From NCBI GenBank assembly GCA_964106645.2, contig OZ067045.1: DNA of 64,000 nucleotides. The stretch is one strand, 5' to 3'. The notes under the pieces were generated by a model. That model ran no database searches. It saw nothing but the letters and a program-made list of their open reading frames with translations, and was not told the origin of the DNA. Shown here one piece after another: positions 24,503 to 38,130 of this stretch (positions are counted from its first letter, which is position 1; each line of letters starts with the position of its first letter). The translations under genes and the position numbers were made by a program. Source of the stretch: Podarcis pityusensis (Eukaryota).

Positions 24503-25827
24503 TCTGTGTATATGCTGTCCCTGATGTTATATGTTTAACAAACCACATATCTTATGTGTCTGATCCTCCACCCATTTTTCAAACTGCACATTCTCAGCTT
24601 TCCAACTGCATACTTTTTCCCCAATTCCAAATTTTATGTCCAGCCGCACATTAAAACAAAGAAAGACACTTTCACAGGACAGAGGCTTGTCTTTTTCTGC
24701 TGCTGTCCTTCTGCAGAGCACCCCATACTGGTCACCCACATTGCAGTCTGCATGATGACAAAACACTGATGATATGGACACCAAGCAACCTGTATGTTTT
24801 GTGGGTAAACAAACAAACAAGCAAGCAAGCAAGCTAATTTCCCCCCGTATCACAGTTTCTGTGCCCACCTTTTCTGGGGGCAGAGGAAAATAGCTGGTGC
24901 ATGTGGTTTTATTCCAATAAACACGTTGTTGTGTGCATGTAGCAGAAATGCATTCAGCGGCAACCCGGGTCACCGGATGATTTACAAAACTGTCATTGTC
25001 ATATGGTGTTAATTTGATCACTCGTTTCAAGTGACATCTGTGAGAAACAGTTGGACATGCTTCGGCTTTTGCATTAATTAACTCGAGTTTCTAATTAATT
25101 ATGCAAAGCTGAAAACAAACAAATAAAAATAGAGTGAAAAATAATAGCTAAAAATCCAAGATAAGATGCACTTCAACACCTCTCTGCGGTATGTGATACC
25201 CATCGGTTTGACTTTGGTTTCCATTGGCAATGGATTTTCTTCGAGGTTTTTTTTCTTTTAAACCAACAGAGATGTACTCTGGGAATTTTATTGGCAGGAT
25301 GGTGACTGTTCTCATAATGCCATCATGTTCCGATTTATGCAAATAACAAAGTGTATTGTTTCAACACATGAGGTGGGGAGATAGGAAGGGGCAAGGATCA
25401 TTTACAAAACTGTTCCTCCTATGTGACGTAAATGAAATTGTCACTTGATCATTGCTAGGACTGAAACAAGCTAACAGTTGAGTAGATGACTCCATGGGGA
25501 GGGAGACTGTGGCCCTCCAGAAATTGTTGACCTGCAACTCCCATCATCCCTGACTGTTAGCCATGCTGGCTGGGGCTGATGGGAATTGGAAGACCACAGG
25601 TATGCCAACCATGGTTTATTAAGAAACAGTTGATCAGCTAAAAATGTTTCTCCAATTAATTGGGCCACAGATATTTCTTTTAAAAACATATGATTGTAAA
25701 GGCAAATGCTTACAGAACCTACAAATGGCAAGCACCTTGAAATGAGACATTGCTGCTTCGTTCTCTTACAAGAGGCGCTGTTTCTTCCAAAAGGATGCCC
25801 TTGGCCAAACTTGGTTGCATCATCTAA

Positions 25828-25968
25828 AACAGGGGTAGGGAACTTGTGCCCTTCCAGGTGGTGTTGGACTTCAACTCCCATCAGCCCCAATGAGTGTAGC
25901 CAATGGTCAGGGATGATGGGAGTTGCTGTCCTGCAATATCTAGAGGGCTACAGGTTCCTGAACCCTGG
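25828..25968. mobile_element. Short hAT-like MITE of a very abundant squamate family
   Basis: CAGGGGTAGGGAAC...GTTCCTGAACCCTG termini and an internal CAACTCCCATCA...TGATGGGAGTTG hairpin. Many degenerate copies, e.g. near 190, 3095, 16640, 21290, 25495, 26785, 30285, 32210, 36035 and 54580. Confidence 0.7.
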
Positions 25969-27409
25969 TTGAAGAACAAAATAATTGCAGCTTTTGCTTC
26001 AGAATATATGTTTCTGGTCATATTCAAATGTATGCAAATATAACATAACAGATTAATCACCATGCAAGGTGGTCCGTGGGACCCACTCCCTAGCAATGCT
26101 GTTTAGGACGACAGCTGGAAACCCTTGTAGGCAATCATATAATGTCTAATCAGGAATAAATTCCAGTCAAGGGGGCTTATTCCTACGTGCTGAACTCAAT
26201 AGGAATATATGGAATCTGTGGTCCTTCAGGGCTGGACTGCAACTCCCAGAATCCCTGATTCTGGCTCATGGGAGCTAGTTCAATAGCATCAGGAGGGCCA
26301 TAAGTTCTCCATTTTGCCTTATACCAAATCAGAACATTGGGTCATTTACCAAACCTTGGACCATTGGCATACAAAGCAGGTGCTCTAATCCTGAACCCCT
26401 CATGCCAAGGCATTGTGGTATATTAAAAGAGATGCTAGGCCCAGTCCCAAGGCTTAGAGTGCCAGCCCAGAAAATTAATTGAAGAGGGATCAAGGCAGGC
26501 ATCAATGGTAGGCCTGTGTTGAAGTCTGGGATCCCTGGCAGCTGCCCAAGGATTCGACATGCCAGCGCTGGCCCTGTGAGCGATTCTGAAAGGTGCCAAA
26601 TACACTAATGCTGTGTCATGTGTAATCATGAATAGAAATGACAGTTCCATACTGCTTATGTCTCCACTGAAGTCATGGGAATGGGATTGTGCAAAGGATT
26701 TCAGCCAATATATAGTTTAAAGCACCTTACATATACAAAAAAAGAGCAGGGAAATTGGTATGCATGATGCACTGTGTTGGTAATAGGGAGCTTGCAGCTC
26801 TCCAGATATTGTTGGTCTACAACTCCCATCATCTCACAGCACTGGCCATGCTGGATAGGACTGATAAGAATTGGAGTCCACCAACAGCTTCCCCATCACA
26901 ATATGATATGAATTGTAGGATGGTCAGGTGCAATGCCTGAGTCTCCACTATAATTCTTTGTCGACCATTCCAATGGCTCTTGTTTCAATCCATGACGCTT
27001 CTCTCACCTTGGTCAAAATAAATAAGCAGGTTGTGTTATCTTTTTGACCCGCAGGAAGTATAATAATTCCTGCCCTTGCCTTGTAATCTTTGTCATCGTG
27101 TCTGGATAGAACAGTTTTAGTAACCCTTCCTATTCTTAGAGCTTCTGGCAACGCCTTCCTCTTTAATTTCATTCTGTTCTGTAGCCTCTTAATGAGAAGC
27201 CTTCATTTCAGTCATGGCTCAAAACAAAACTTTAAAAAAATGCCTGCAAAACACTGCATAGTTTATAAGCTCTTTGTGGTAGGACTTCCAATACCATCAG
27301 TTTGGACACAATTAATTTCCATCAAGCTCTTCTGATGTCGACGCTGATAAAATTAGAACAAATTATTTTGGTCCCCAGGCCTGAAGTTCCCAACCTCTGC
27401 CTTACAGGT

Positions 27410-27875
27410 TTTTTTATTATTATTATGAAAGACCAATACATTTGAAAGGCAGCATAAATACAGACAAGAACAGCACTAAATCAATAAAACCAATTGATGC
27501 CATAAAACTTTCCATTCAATACAATTTCCTGAAAACTATGTCCATGACCACCAGGGTCTCCTTGAAAGATCTTAAAGTTCAGCCTGGTCTGTACTGGGGG
27601 AGGTGGTCTGATAGGTGCCTGAGTTGGTGTGGCTTGAAATGTCAGGAACTATTACTTGAACCTGTCTCGGTAACTAATAGGCAACTGGTGCAGAGCTTAC
27701 AATGTTGGTGCAATATGTGTAAAGCTAGGTGACCCACTAAACATCCCAGCACCTGGATTTTGCAAGAGCTGCAGCTTCTGAACTCAGCACAAGCGTGGCT
27801 CCACATACACAGCTCTACAGTAGTCTAATTGTGAGGTTGCCAGTGCGTGGACCACCGTGGACAAGGCTGTCCCTG
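27410..27875 (-). mobile_element. Old L2 LINE fragment
   Basis: The minus strand reads TVVHALATSQLDYCRAVY, the L2 RT C-terminal motif. Degenerate. Confidence 0.7.
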
Positions 27876-30821
27876 AACAGCAGCAAGAGTAGTTGGCACA
27901 CCAACCAAATTTACAGCAATGGATCTTGGAGCACCTCCAACAACAACAACAACAATGAAACAACAACTGTGCACCTGCAATCCTCTCCAGAACTTGGGTT
28001 CATTTACAGACCTGCAACAAAATGCTGCAGCATGGAGGGCACCTGTTGTGCTATCTTCCAGAATACTCTGTTCCATCTCCCCTCCTTCGGTTTACTCCCC
28101 TCCCAGACAGACAGCATGCTCAGGCTTCTTTGGCTATTTTGATGGGGTACCCTGTTGCCATGTCTTCTGCTGTTTACAGAGAAACTCGCTATAAGCAGAT
28201 TTAATGACAGAAACAAATATACATATATTCTTGGATGTGGCCTGGGAGCCTGCAGAGGTTAGTAATAATTTCTCCAGCCAGGCAACACCTCCGTGTCAGC
28301 TCTGTAGGAGCTGTCCTCCTGGGATAGAGCAGTTTCCCTTAAAGAGACTATGTACCAGACATTCATTACACACACCCCTTATGGCTTCTCCCCACTAAAA
28401 CGTTTTGTACTTTGGCAAACTTTGGGGGTTCCCTGGTGCCTGATAATACCTCCTTCTTGTGCATAGATGCTGCCATCTCATCTATGTAAGGGGAACCACA
28501 CGCCAAAGAAGCAGGCCTTTAAAGCAAATCCAACATGCCTTTAAAGCACATGACTTTCCCCACAGAGTCCTGGGGATTGTAGTTTGCTTGGGATGCTTGG
28601 AATTGTAGCACCGCAAGTCAGAAAATGGTTGTCCCCAGGATTCTTTGGCGGAAGTCATGTGATTTAAATGTGTGTTGGGGAGGCTATTAGTGTATATTAT
28701 TTTGTCAAGTTTAGGGTCCCTAAACTTGGCATTTCAGCGTTGGTATTGCTGCTAGTGGAAGCAGTGGGAGTGTAATACAATTCAGCACGGTTGGAAAGGG
28801 ATGAAAGTTTCCCAAAAGATTCATTTTCACAGTTACAGTGGACTGTGATCAGATATCGTGCCAGTCCTTGCATTACCCATACAGAAATCCAAGTCCACTG
28901 GATTAACTTAGCCCATATTGCATTCTCTTACAGCAGCCCGAGGATCTGCATATTCTTCCTGATTATCTAGTAATTAAACCAAGTAAGTACATATATACAG
29001 TAATTACCATGTAACCCAGAGTGCCATCTGGTCTGGAGGACGGAATTAACTGTGTGTTTACTTTTCCATTCCGAAGGATAGCGGAAGGAACTGGTGTTGA
29101 TGCATGTTGATGCGTCTGAGCTGCGGCCTAAGACCAATGGTTTCTAGGTAGTGGAGCTTGTAGCAGGTGACCAAAAAAATCAGCTACCTATTGAGGGCCA
29201 GAGGTATTTGTTCAACAGACAGAGGCTTGTGAAAACCCAGAGGCCTCTAAGGGAAGGGAAGTCGCTCAGGGGTAGAGTGCTTGCTTTGCAGGTTTGATCA
29301 CGGATCTCTCTAGGCAGAGCTAGACTATTCACTGACATCCTGGAGAGAGGGTGGGGGACTTCAGAGCCCTCTGAACTCTCCCCATGCCCACTGGCAGTGC
29401 CAGAGCTGGGTAGGGGGGAAGCATCTCCCCAAACAAGGAGCTTGCTCCGTCACTCCCCTGCCCCATTTCTGAACTCCTGTCATTAACATATGCTCCTAAT
29501 TTTCTTTCTCACCCACCAAGAAATATACTTTCTCCATTCTGTGCCCTCCCAGATTTTTTTTTTCTGGTGCCACCGCTGCCCAGGCCACACACACCCTCCC
29601 CAAGCCCCATCCCTCACCGACACTGAGACCCACTCCTTCAACATCAGTAAATAACATATTTTCCATGGAATTATCAAAGTGACTCAGAATTCTATTGGAG
29701 GACTTTGCTCTTTGATAGGGGATGGTGTGGTGCTTTGGGGAAGCTTTGCTCCCCTTAATTAGTAGCATAGAAAGAAAATATATAGCATCTTTGTCTTTCC
29801 TTTCCTCCTCCTGAGAAGTTCAAGCGGCAAACGAAGAATGTTGTCTGCATGGCTTCAGCAGGCCGCTGTTCATGCAAGTTTCATGACCGCATTTACTTTT
29901 AATTGATCCTGCAGCTCTGTGCCCCTTATGGAGTGTTTTAAATCAATGTCAGCCATAAAGTGGTACTAAACTGTATGACATCCTTCACCCCCCCCTTCCT
30001 CCGCCTCTCCTAGCTGCAGTTAAAGATAACTTATTTATGAGGGCAGAAAGGAAACTAGGAGGGCATAAATGTAAATATGATTTTAAAAAACAATTCTTCC
30101 TGAGTCTTTTTTTATTATTATAAAAAAACACTATCTGCTTTGTAGATTAAAGAATATCAAGCACTGGCTCACAGACATATGCATGTCAGTATGAATCTCG
30201 ATCACTTGATCATTCAGGGAATGAGTTGAAATGTGTGAATGGTAGGAAAGGCATGTGGGGTGGTGAGGGCCATGGCTTAGACCACACAGTGTCCCCCAGA
30301 GGTTGCTGGACTACAACTTCCATCATCCCTAATTGTTTGCAATACTGAAGACTGATGGGTGTTGTAGTCAATAAACATCTGGAGTATTGAATATCCCCTG
30401 GCTTCAATGTTTAGCGGATGGGTGGGTTTTAACAATGTGCAACAGGAGAATCCAATGCAAAATTTGCTCTAGCAAAAACTCATTGCCTGACAGATTGCAT
30501 AATCCGTTGTGCAATGATATTACCAGCGACCTGCTGGACTATTCCCTTGTGCAACAATGTTCTAGTGGTGTGAAAGGAGTGTGGATACTGTTAAGTGACT
30601 TTGACTTTGCACCAAATTGGATATGGTTCTGTTGGAATAAAAGTTGTGTTCTGTTTCAGTTGGCGTGCTTTGTATCCATTGCTGTTTTTTTAAATAATAG
30701 AATCATAGGGTGTACTTTTTAATGTGTTTTATAATTATTGGTCATTACCTACTTTTGTTTTGTTTGTAATCATGTAAACCTCTTCATGTTGTAAGTTGCC
30801 TTGAGCATGGTTTTAACTATG

Positions 30822-30844
30822 GATGATGATGATGATGATGATGA
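30822..30844. repeat. (GAT)n microsatellite at the end of a degenerate LINE/SINE tail
   Basis: Read directly; preceded by TGTAAGTTGCCTTGAGCATGG. Confidence 0.8.
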
Positions 30845-31194
30845 AAAATATACGCATTCCTAGGTGACTTTCAGCAACACACTATATTTCACACCAGGAT
30901 ATAATCTGAAGGCACAGGAAACTACTATCTTGTTGAAAGTCAGCAAGACTGGGTCCAATTAGTGTCTGAATGGGAGTTCTCCCTGGGAACCACTTTGATC
31001 ATGGTTCCATGATCAAAGAAAGGTGGAACAGAAATCTGAGAAAAATAAATAAATAAGGAAGAAACTCTTCCATCAATAATAAGGAAATAATAGGACCACT
31101 GTACTATTACAGGGTTGTTGTGTGGAATGGCTTCCCAAGATAGAAATGCTTTGACAACAAAGTTTTCATAGCACCTTAAAGACTTAACACAGAT

Positions 31195-31531
31195 CACATT
31201 CACACCATACACATAGAGAGCTGTGATATCATTTTAACAGACAGGGCTTCTCCCAAAGCATCCTGTGAACTGTAGTTTGTTAGGCATTATGAGTGTTGTT
31301 AGGAGACCCCCATTTATCTTCACAGAGCTATAATTTCCAGAGTTCCCTGGAGAGAGGGACTGACTGTTAAACCTCTCTGGAAATTATGATTCTGTAAGGG
31401 AAATAGGGGCCTCCTAACAACTCTCAGCACCCATAACAAACTGCAGCTCCCATAATTCTTTGGTGGCGGTGGGAAGCCATAACTGTTTAAAGCAGTATGA
31501 TGCTTCTTTAAATGTATAGTATGAATGTGGC
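31195..31531. mobile_element. Long palindromic (fold-back) MITE
   Basis: Arms CACATTCACACCATAC...AACTGTAGTTTGTTA...GTTGTTAGGAGACCCC versus GGGGCCTCCTAACAAC...TAACAAACTGCAGCT...GTATAGTATGAATGTG. Partial copies near 3345-3525, 22170-22670, 23580-24040, 28515-28680 and 56545-56750. Confidence 0.78.
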
Positions 31532-32717
31532 CATACTTTTCCTGCAATAGACCCTGGGTTCAATCCCCAACATCTCCAGGTACGGCTGGGACACCATGGG
31601 ACAGAATCCTGTCTGAAACCTGAGGAGCCACAAACTGTCAGTGCAGATAGTGGTGAACTAGATAGTACAAAGGTTTGGATCAATATAAGGCAGCTTCCTA
31701 TGTTCCGATATACTAAATGCAGAAACTCAATGGAAACTAGAGCTTCCATTCCTAATCACCCAAGGTACCCCTTACCTTGATAGTGGAAGATTTGAGGGCC
31801 ATCACTAGCAATGGCTTCTTTTTCCTAAATGAGAAATAGCTCTGTTCTGACACCAAAGCGGATGGGCATCTCATCATGTCTGTGGTATTTCCATATTGCT
31901 ACCTTAGATTCATTTGTCAATTATGTGTTTAAAGACGGAATCAAGAGAGCATATGGTGGTATTAATGACATCTTGTTATGCAGCTCCAGGAAACCTGAAG
32001 CACTGGAGAACCTTCTATCTCATATTACTCAAGTATGTAAGACACCAATATATAATTCATGCATGCATGATAATGAAGTGTAGGGGAAAGCATTGCTCTG
32101 TAATCTTCTAAACATTTACATTTCCACCTGCTTTAGCTGCTCATAGGAAAGTAGTCTTGACTCTGATGGGAAGCCGTGGCCTTCAACTTAAGCTTCTGAT
32201 CCCATAGATCAGGGGTGGAGTACTGTGACCCTCCTTGTTGGGCTCCAGTTCCTATCCGCCCCAGGCAGCATGGCCAATGCTCAGGGATGATGGGAGTTGT
32301 AATCCAACAACATCTAGGCTATATATGTACATTTTGAAGATGAACCATAGCACCACCATGTTAGAGTGGATGTTTTGTGTGCAAAAGGCCACAAGGTCAA
32401 TCCCTACCAAGATCAATTACAGGACCTTAGGGAGAAAGATCTTTCTCAACATGCTTGGTGACCTGCTGCTAGCAGCAATGGATTTTGAGCAGCAATGATC
32501 TATTCAGTATACGTGGGGACAAGGTCAGGGGTCAGCATGGTTGGGAATCTGCCAAGAGCTCACATCCCAACAGGGGACCCATTGAATACAGCCTCCTGGA
32601 ATCACCACAATGGCAAGCCTGCTTCATACCACGAATTAGGAGTACAGATCCCATCATCCTTGACTGTTGGCCATGCTGACTAGGGCAGATGGGCTGATGG
32701 TTGGAGACCAACACCAC

Positions 32718-33099
32718 CTAGGAATGAAGGAGGAATTTAATTCAGTTCACACTTACAGCAATCTAAATGAATTTTCAGTTTTTGAAACAAAATGCAAACT
32801 GAAACAGACATCTTTCAAAATGTGTACTTCTCAAAATTTTGCAATGCAGTTTTTCAGTCCAACAACATGTACAAAAATGTGCATATGCTAAGGTAAAGTG
32901 TTCATATATATGCATATATTACTGAAAAGAATATACAGAAATTCACGATTTTATTTTTTTTTGAGAAATTCACACTAAAATGCCGATGGCTATTCATGAG
33001 GACTCCTCACCCCCCCCCCCATTTGCAAACCAATTTGGAAATGTGAATAACTGAACTTAAGACTGAGAAACCACAAATGGGCACATCTGTTCATCCTTA
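32718..33099. mobile_element. AT-rich non-autonomous TIR element of a common squamate family
   Basis: Termini TAGGAATGAAGGAG / CTGTTCATCCTTA. Homologous copies at about 12965-13315, 15290-15637, 52705-53030 and 63756-64000. Confidence 0.6.
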
Positions 33100-34379
33100 C
33101 CAGTTGTTGGCGAGCAAGCTCCAGAGAAGGCCATTAATTCCAAGTCCTGGTTTACAGGCTTCCCAGAGGCACCTGCTTGACTGATGTAGGAAATAGGATG
33201 GAGCCTTCATTTAATCATGCAGAGATCTTCTGCTTTGAGCCCACCACCATACTGATTTGGCAACAGAATGACAACAAGTCAACAGCACAGCAGAAAGGTC
33301 TATATATTGGATCCTTGGCCAATAACCGATCACTAACATTTAATCTCTCAGTTCTCCATGCCACATTAAAAGGGCTTTGCTGTTATGCCCCACAATGCCT
33401 TAAAGGATAAAAATTGATAGCTGGAAATATATCTTTTGGGAAGCCAACATGGAGATGAAATTCAGCTGCCAGCCTGGAAGTTTGATCTTGTTTGGGAAGC
33501 AAAAATATAGAGCTGTATCAGAGCAGCTCTTGGGGGAGGAAGGAAATATAGATGTCAGCCTGGTGACACTGAGCAATCTATTTTGCAGAGGGCTTGTATT
33601 TTCCTCCAGATTTTGTATTTCTCATGAAAGGACAATAAAAGAATTGTGCTTGCTGCTAATTAATGACAAGCTGGTAAAAGCATCTATTCATTGTTCCATT
33701 TATTTCTTCATTTCCAGACGCTAACAGCCCTGTTCTGAAATGAATCAATGTCAATTGCACAATGCTGTCACCCCTATTGTTTCTTTATCATCCCTGCATT
33801 TTCATAAATCGGAGGTGTTGATCCCTTAATGGCTTCTTTCCTTCTCCTCTGCCACCCCCCCCCATTCTGCTCCCATATGCAAAACGAGTCATCTGTCCCC
33901 TCCAAAAGAATTTGTTTTAATTCTGGCACCTCTCTTAAATATATCTACCAGCCAAAAGGAAGTCCTTGTTTGATTCTAGACTTCACAAGCTTGCTTTGCA
34001 TCAGGCAAGAAAGGTAAAGTTTCTGCTGAATTCAGATCATCACCCAGTGGTATCCCACCTCTCCCTTGCAGACAGTTCTTTGTATTTGTACTTGGGGGGC
34101 CTTCTCTCTCCCATGCCTTTTTTCGCCAAAGGCTTAGCTGCATGTACTTGGAGTTTCATCCAAGCAATTATTAAAAAAGAAGAAGTTTTGTCTGTCCTGC
34201 TTTTAAAAGTGTCTCTATCGTCATGGTAATAGCTGCAAGAACCAAGTAGACAGGTCTCTGTTCTCCAAAAGCTTACAATTGTTGATTTGCTCATTTTGTC
34301 CTCTGACTTAAACCATTACTGTCGTATGGCCCTTTGAAGGTTACCCAGAAAGGAATGTGTCTCTAGGGCTGAAAAGGGC

Positions 34380-34790
34380 CTATTTATCAAATTATTTATT
34401 TAAATATTAAGAAACCACACTTTTGCTTTGTGTGTGTGCGCGCACACACACACACACGGCACCACACAATGTTACAACAACAATAAAACATGAATAATGA
34501 AACTATAAAAATGTCACAAGAATCCATAAATGCTGGTTGGTTCAAAGGAAAACCACATTTGAAAAGCCTGTTTAAAATAACATTTTTTCAGCGAAGTCTA
34601 AAAGAAGACAGGGGCACTTTCTGCTGAACCCCTTCTGGCAGGGAGTTCCATGAGGAAGGCTTGCCACACTAAAGGCTCCGTCTGTAGTGAAGGCTGAGTG
34701 CCTCATCAGAGGATCTCAGTGATCGAGGTGGAGCATGAGGAATCAGAGACATAGGGCCCAAGTTGCTTAGTGCTTTGTGACTTGATACAG
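34380..34790 (-). mobile_element. Degenerate L2 3' fragment
   Basis: TATTTATTTA tail, CTGGCAGGGAGTTCCA, AGGATCTCAGTGATCG and GGGCCCAAGTTG pattern. Similar fragments at about 8170-8330, 46830-47230, 49300-49660, 58830-59105 and 61600-62060. Confidence 0.55.
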
Positions 34791-37700
34791 AAATGTTCTC
34801 CAGCCTGACATGGAGACAAGCCCATGTTGCTGCCTACTTCAGGATAGACTGTATGCAAAATGAACCCACAGCATGACTATTGACACTCTAGAGTAGAACT
34901 ATCTCATTCTTTGGATTTGATTTCTGGCGTGCTTGTCCAAGAAGTCAGTCACCAAAAATACCTCAAAGAATTGTGCCCCCACAGGGGATTTGTTGATCAA
35001 CGCTTGAAAAGAAGGACCCGTTCTTAGCCCAAGGCAGGCAAGTGACGGCACCATGAAGCATCTGCCATGCTTTGGGTTGTACTTGCCTTTTGTTTCGACT
35101 TTGGCTAATCACCCATTGTTCTAGTTGGGAAAGCCCAATTAAGGACCAGGCTGATCAACATCGACACCTCCCATTGATCTGACGTAAAGAGGTCATGCGA
35201 AATACCACCGCATTAGGAAGCAATAAGCAGGAATTAGAGGCATACCAAGAGACCCCCCATTAGAGGCAGGCAAAAAGGCCAAGTCACAATTAACTGGGTT
35301 TAAGGGGGAAATTATTTTGTAATCTCACCAACTGTGAAACATCTGCTGGGACCGAACAAACAACAGCGAGGGTCTGGCTAGAAAATGCCCATCTGGACAG
35401 ATTGGAAGTTAGAGATGCAACAGAAGCAGAGCTGAGTGATATATAAAGTAGAGGACAAGTGAGAAAATAGGAAACATTTTAAAAGTTTTTTTAAAATATA
35501 ATAATAAAAATCAGGAATGCAGGAAGAACCCTGTAGAATGCTGTTGTGAGGTTCTCTCAATACACGTTGAAGGCACCAATCAGTATTTTTAAATTTATTA
35601 TTATTTACCATTTCTATATTGGTTTGTTATACAAGGACTCTACATGCATTAATTTTTTCTGAAATCTTTCTCCTTCCTCTGAGACAGTGACATCCTGAAA
35701 ATGGTTAAACTATGATAGGAACATAGGAAGTTGCCTTATACTATGTCAGACAATGAGTCAGAACTTCTAGTTCGGTATTGTCTACAATGGTTCTTCAGGG
35801 TTTCAGGCAGGCATCTCTCTCAGCTGTACATGGAGATGATGGGGATTGAGCCTGGGACCTTCTGCAGGCAAAGCAGATGATCTGCCACTGACCCATGCCC
35901 CATATATTGAAACAAAATCAACTTCCATCTGTGTCTGAATTGTGCTAGTATACTCAGAGCTCAGCCCCAGCATCTCCCTCATCAGTGCTAGGCTCAGACT
36001 TTGAGTCTATAAAGAAGGCATTAGGAAGCTGTGTCCCTGTTGTTGGACTGCATCTCCCTCAGCCTCAGCCAGCATGCTCAGGGATGGAGAGAGTTGTAGT
36101 CCAAGGATGGGAAACTTGTGGCCCTCCAGAGTTGTTGGACTCCAACTCCCATGAGCCCCGCCCAGCATGGCCTAACACACATGAGGGCAGCAGGCTAGTT
36201 AAGGGTGGCACACAACTCTCCTCCAACGACTTGTCGCTGGTGAAGTCCTGGCCAGGCATCTGACCTGAATCTCATAACTCTCCTGACAGGTGATTTGGTC
36301 TGCAGCCACAGTGTGGAAATAAAGGATGAGATTGCCCACCAGATACCAGGCACTCTACTATTCAAATTAGGCCCCAGTGTTTTTGTTATAACCCCATTCT
36401 CAATTAAGTAATCAATTTAAATCTAGAATTTAAATTCTCAAAACTTTCTTCTTTGCTAATTCAAGCAAGTAAACTACTGCTCTCACTTCATTACAAACAG
36501 TATTTCTACCTGCAACACACTTGAGCAAACCTGCTTCTCTTCCTTTCACATATATTTTGTTGCCATTTGCAACTGTAGCTGCCTCTGATTAGTTATCATT
36601 TAACTCTTGGGGAAATTACTAGCATCACACATCATGTGCATGGAAGTTGTCAAACCAATTAACCAACTAGAAGAATTGCTGTTAATAGCACCAGTTTTCC
36701 TAAAACTTGATATTGCTGGATAATTTTGATGAACTGCAAAATCATTTTTAGTTTGCTTTCTGTTGCCACCCTGGAACTTTTCTTTATTAGCACCACTTTG
36801 TTTTGTACGATTCCTTGCAAATGAAGGACAACAACTTTTCTGCTTGTATATGTTGATAATATAATTTTGGTTACTGAGAACAAACAAGATTGTACAAAAA
36901 CAAGATTGGGTACAGGCCTGGCCAGGACATAGGTGTCCTGACTGTGACAAAGGTGACCTGTGTGCTTGCTTGCTTGCTTGATTAACAGCTGTTGGAAACT
37001 TCAAGGTTCCTACTCTCCCTTCTGATGGTCTTTATACTGGACCTGGAGACTCCAATAGAGAGCATTCCATGTCAAGAAGGAGGGCAAGTGGGCACCCTAT
37101 CAAATGACAGGGCAGGAGCTGCACGGAGCAGGGTCTTTTCACTGGTGGTGCCCATGTATGGCTCGCTCTTCCCAGACCTGCTCTCTTTTGGCCTGTATTT
37201 TGGAGCTTTATAATTTAGGAAGACTTTGGAAGAACTGGTTGACAAGTCTTATCAGTTGCTGATGTATGAGCAGATTTTATTTGCTGCTATTCTGGGCTTC
37301 TGCTGCACCAGGGTTTACACCAGTGTAATAGAGTTGTAATCCAAATGCAGACAGCAACAGCTGTCGGGACATAGCAGCACCAACAACCACTCCCATAGCA
37401 CCCTCTGCCATTACCTACCAACCACGATGATGCACATTGATGAGGCACATTTGCCAGGCAGGGAAGGCACCAATAGACCACTGTAGATGCTCCAGAGTCT
37501 ATGAGTGCGCACACTTGCTCGCTGCTTCCCCCGGGAGTCGTAGCGTGGCCCACACTGTAATTCCTGGAATCATTGGTAATGGCGGAGGCCCTTCTTCTGC
37601 CTTTTCTCCCAGCCCTGGACCTCTGGAAGGGGCTAAGACTGGTCATTTCCCAGCAATGCATCCTTGCACTTCGTCTTTAAGTCCACACTTGTCCCTGACA

Positions 37701-38130
37701 GGGATCTCTGGGTCTTCCTGTCTGCACACTGTCACGCCAAGTATGTCACTGAGCTTCAAACAAAACAGAGCCACTCCTTTCGATGTTTCTCCCTCTTAGC
37801 TGGCAAAACTCCAGGAAAGTGCCCCACCCTGGTGGCACCCAGGTGCATAGGTTCCTCCCCCTCCTGATCCTCTTGGGGCCAGTGGCTCACACCCTTTGCT
37901 GGTGCGTATGCTCTGGGGCTTCCTGGGCTTGCCTGTCCTCAGCGTACCCTGGCACGCTCCTGTAGTCTCAGTCTTCTCTGCAAAGAGGCTTGCCCCACTG
38001 CTTGCAGCATAGTCTGTGTGGGCTACTGGCAGTTGATAAGAGAATGACGGAGGGCGAGCCGGAGCCCTGCCAATGCTCTCGAGAAGTGCAAAATACCACA
38101 AATAGAGAAGGGAGCAGTTCATCAGGTGAT

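Noticed and set aside
37990-38130. N-terminal 47 aa of the 245-aa ORF
   Set aside because: It lies upstream of the LINE 5' truncation point; this is fortuitous open flanking sequence with a non-ATG start.
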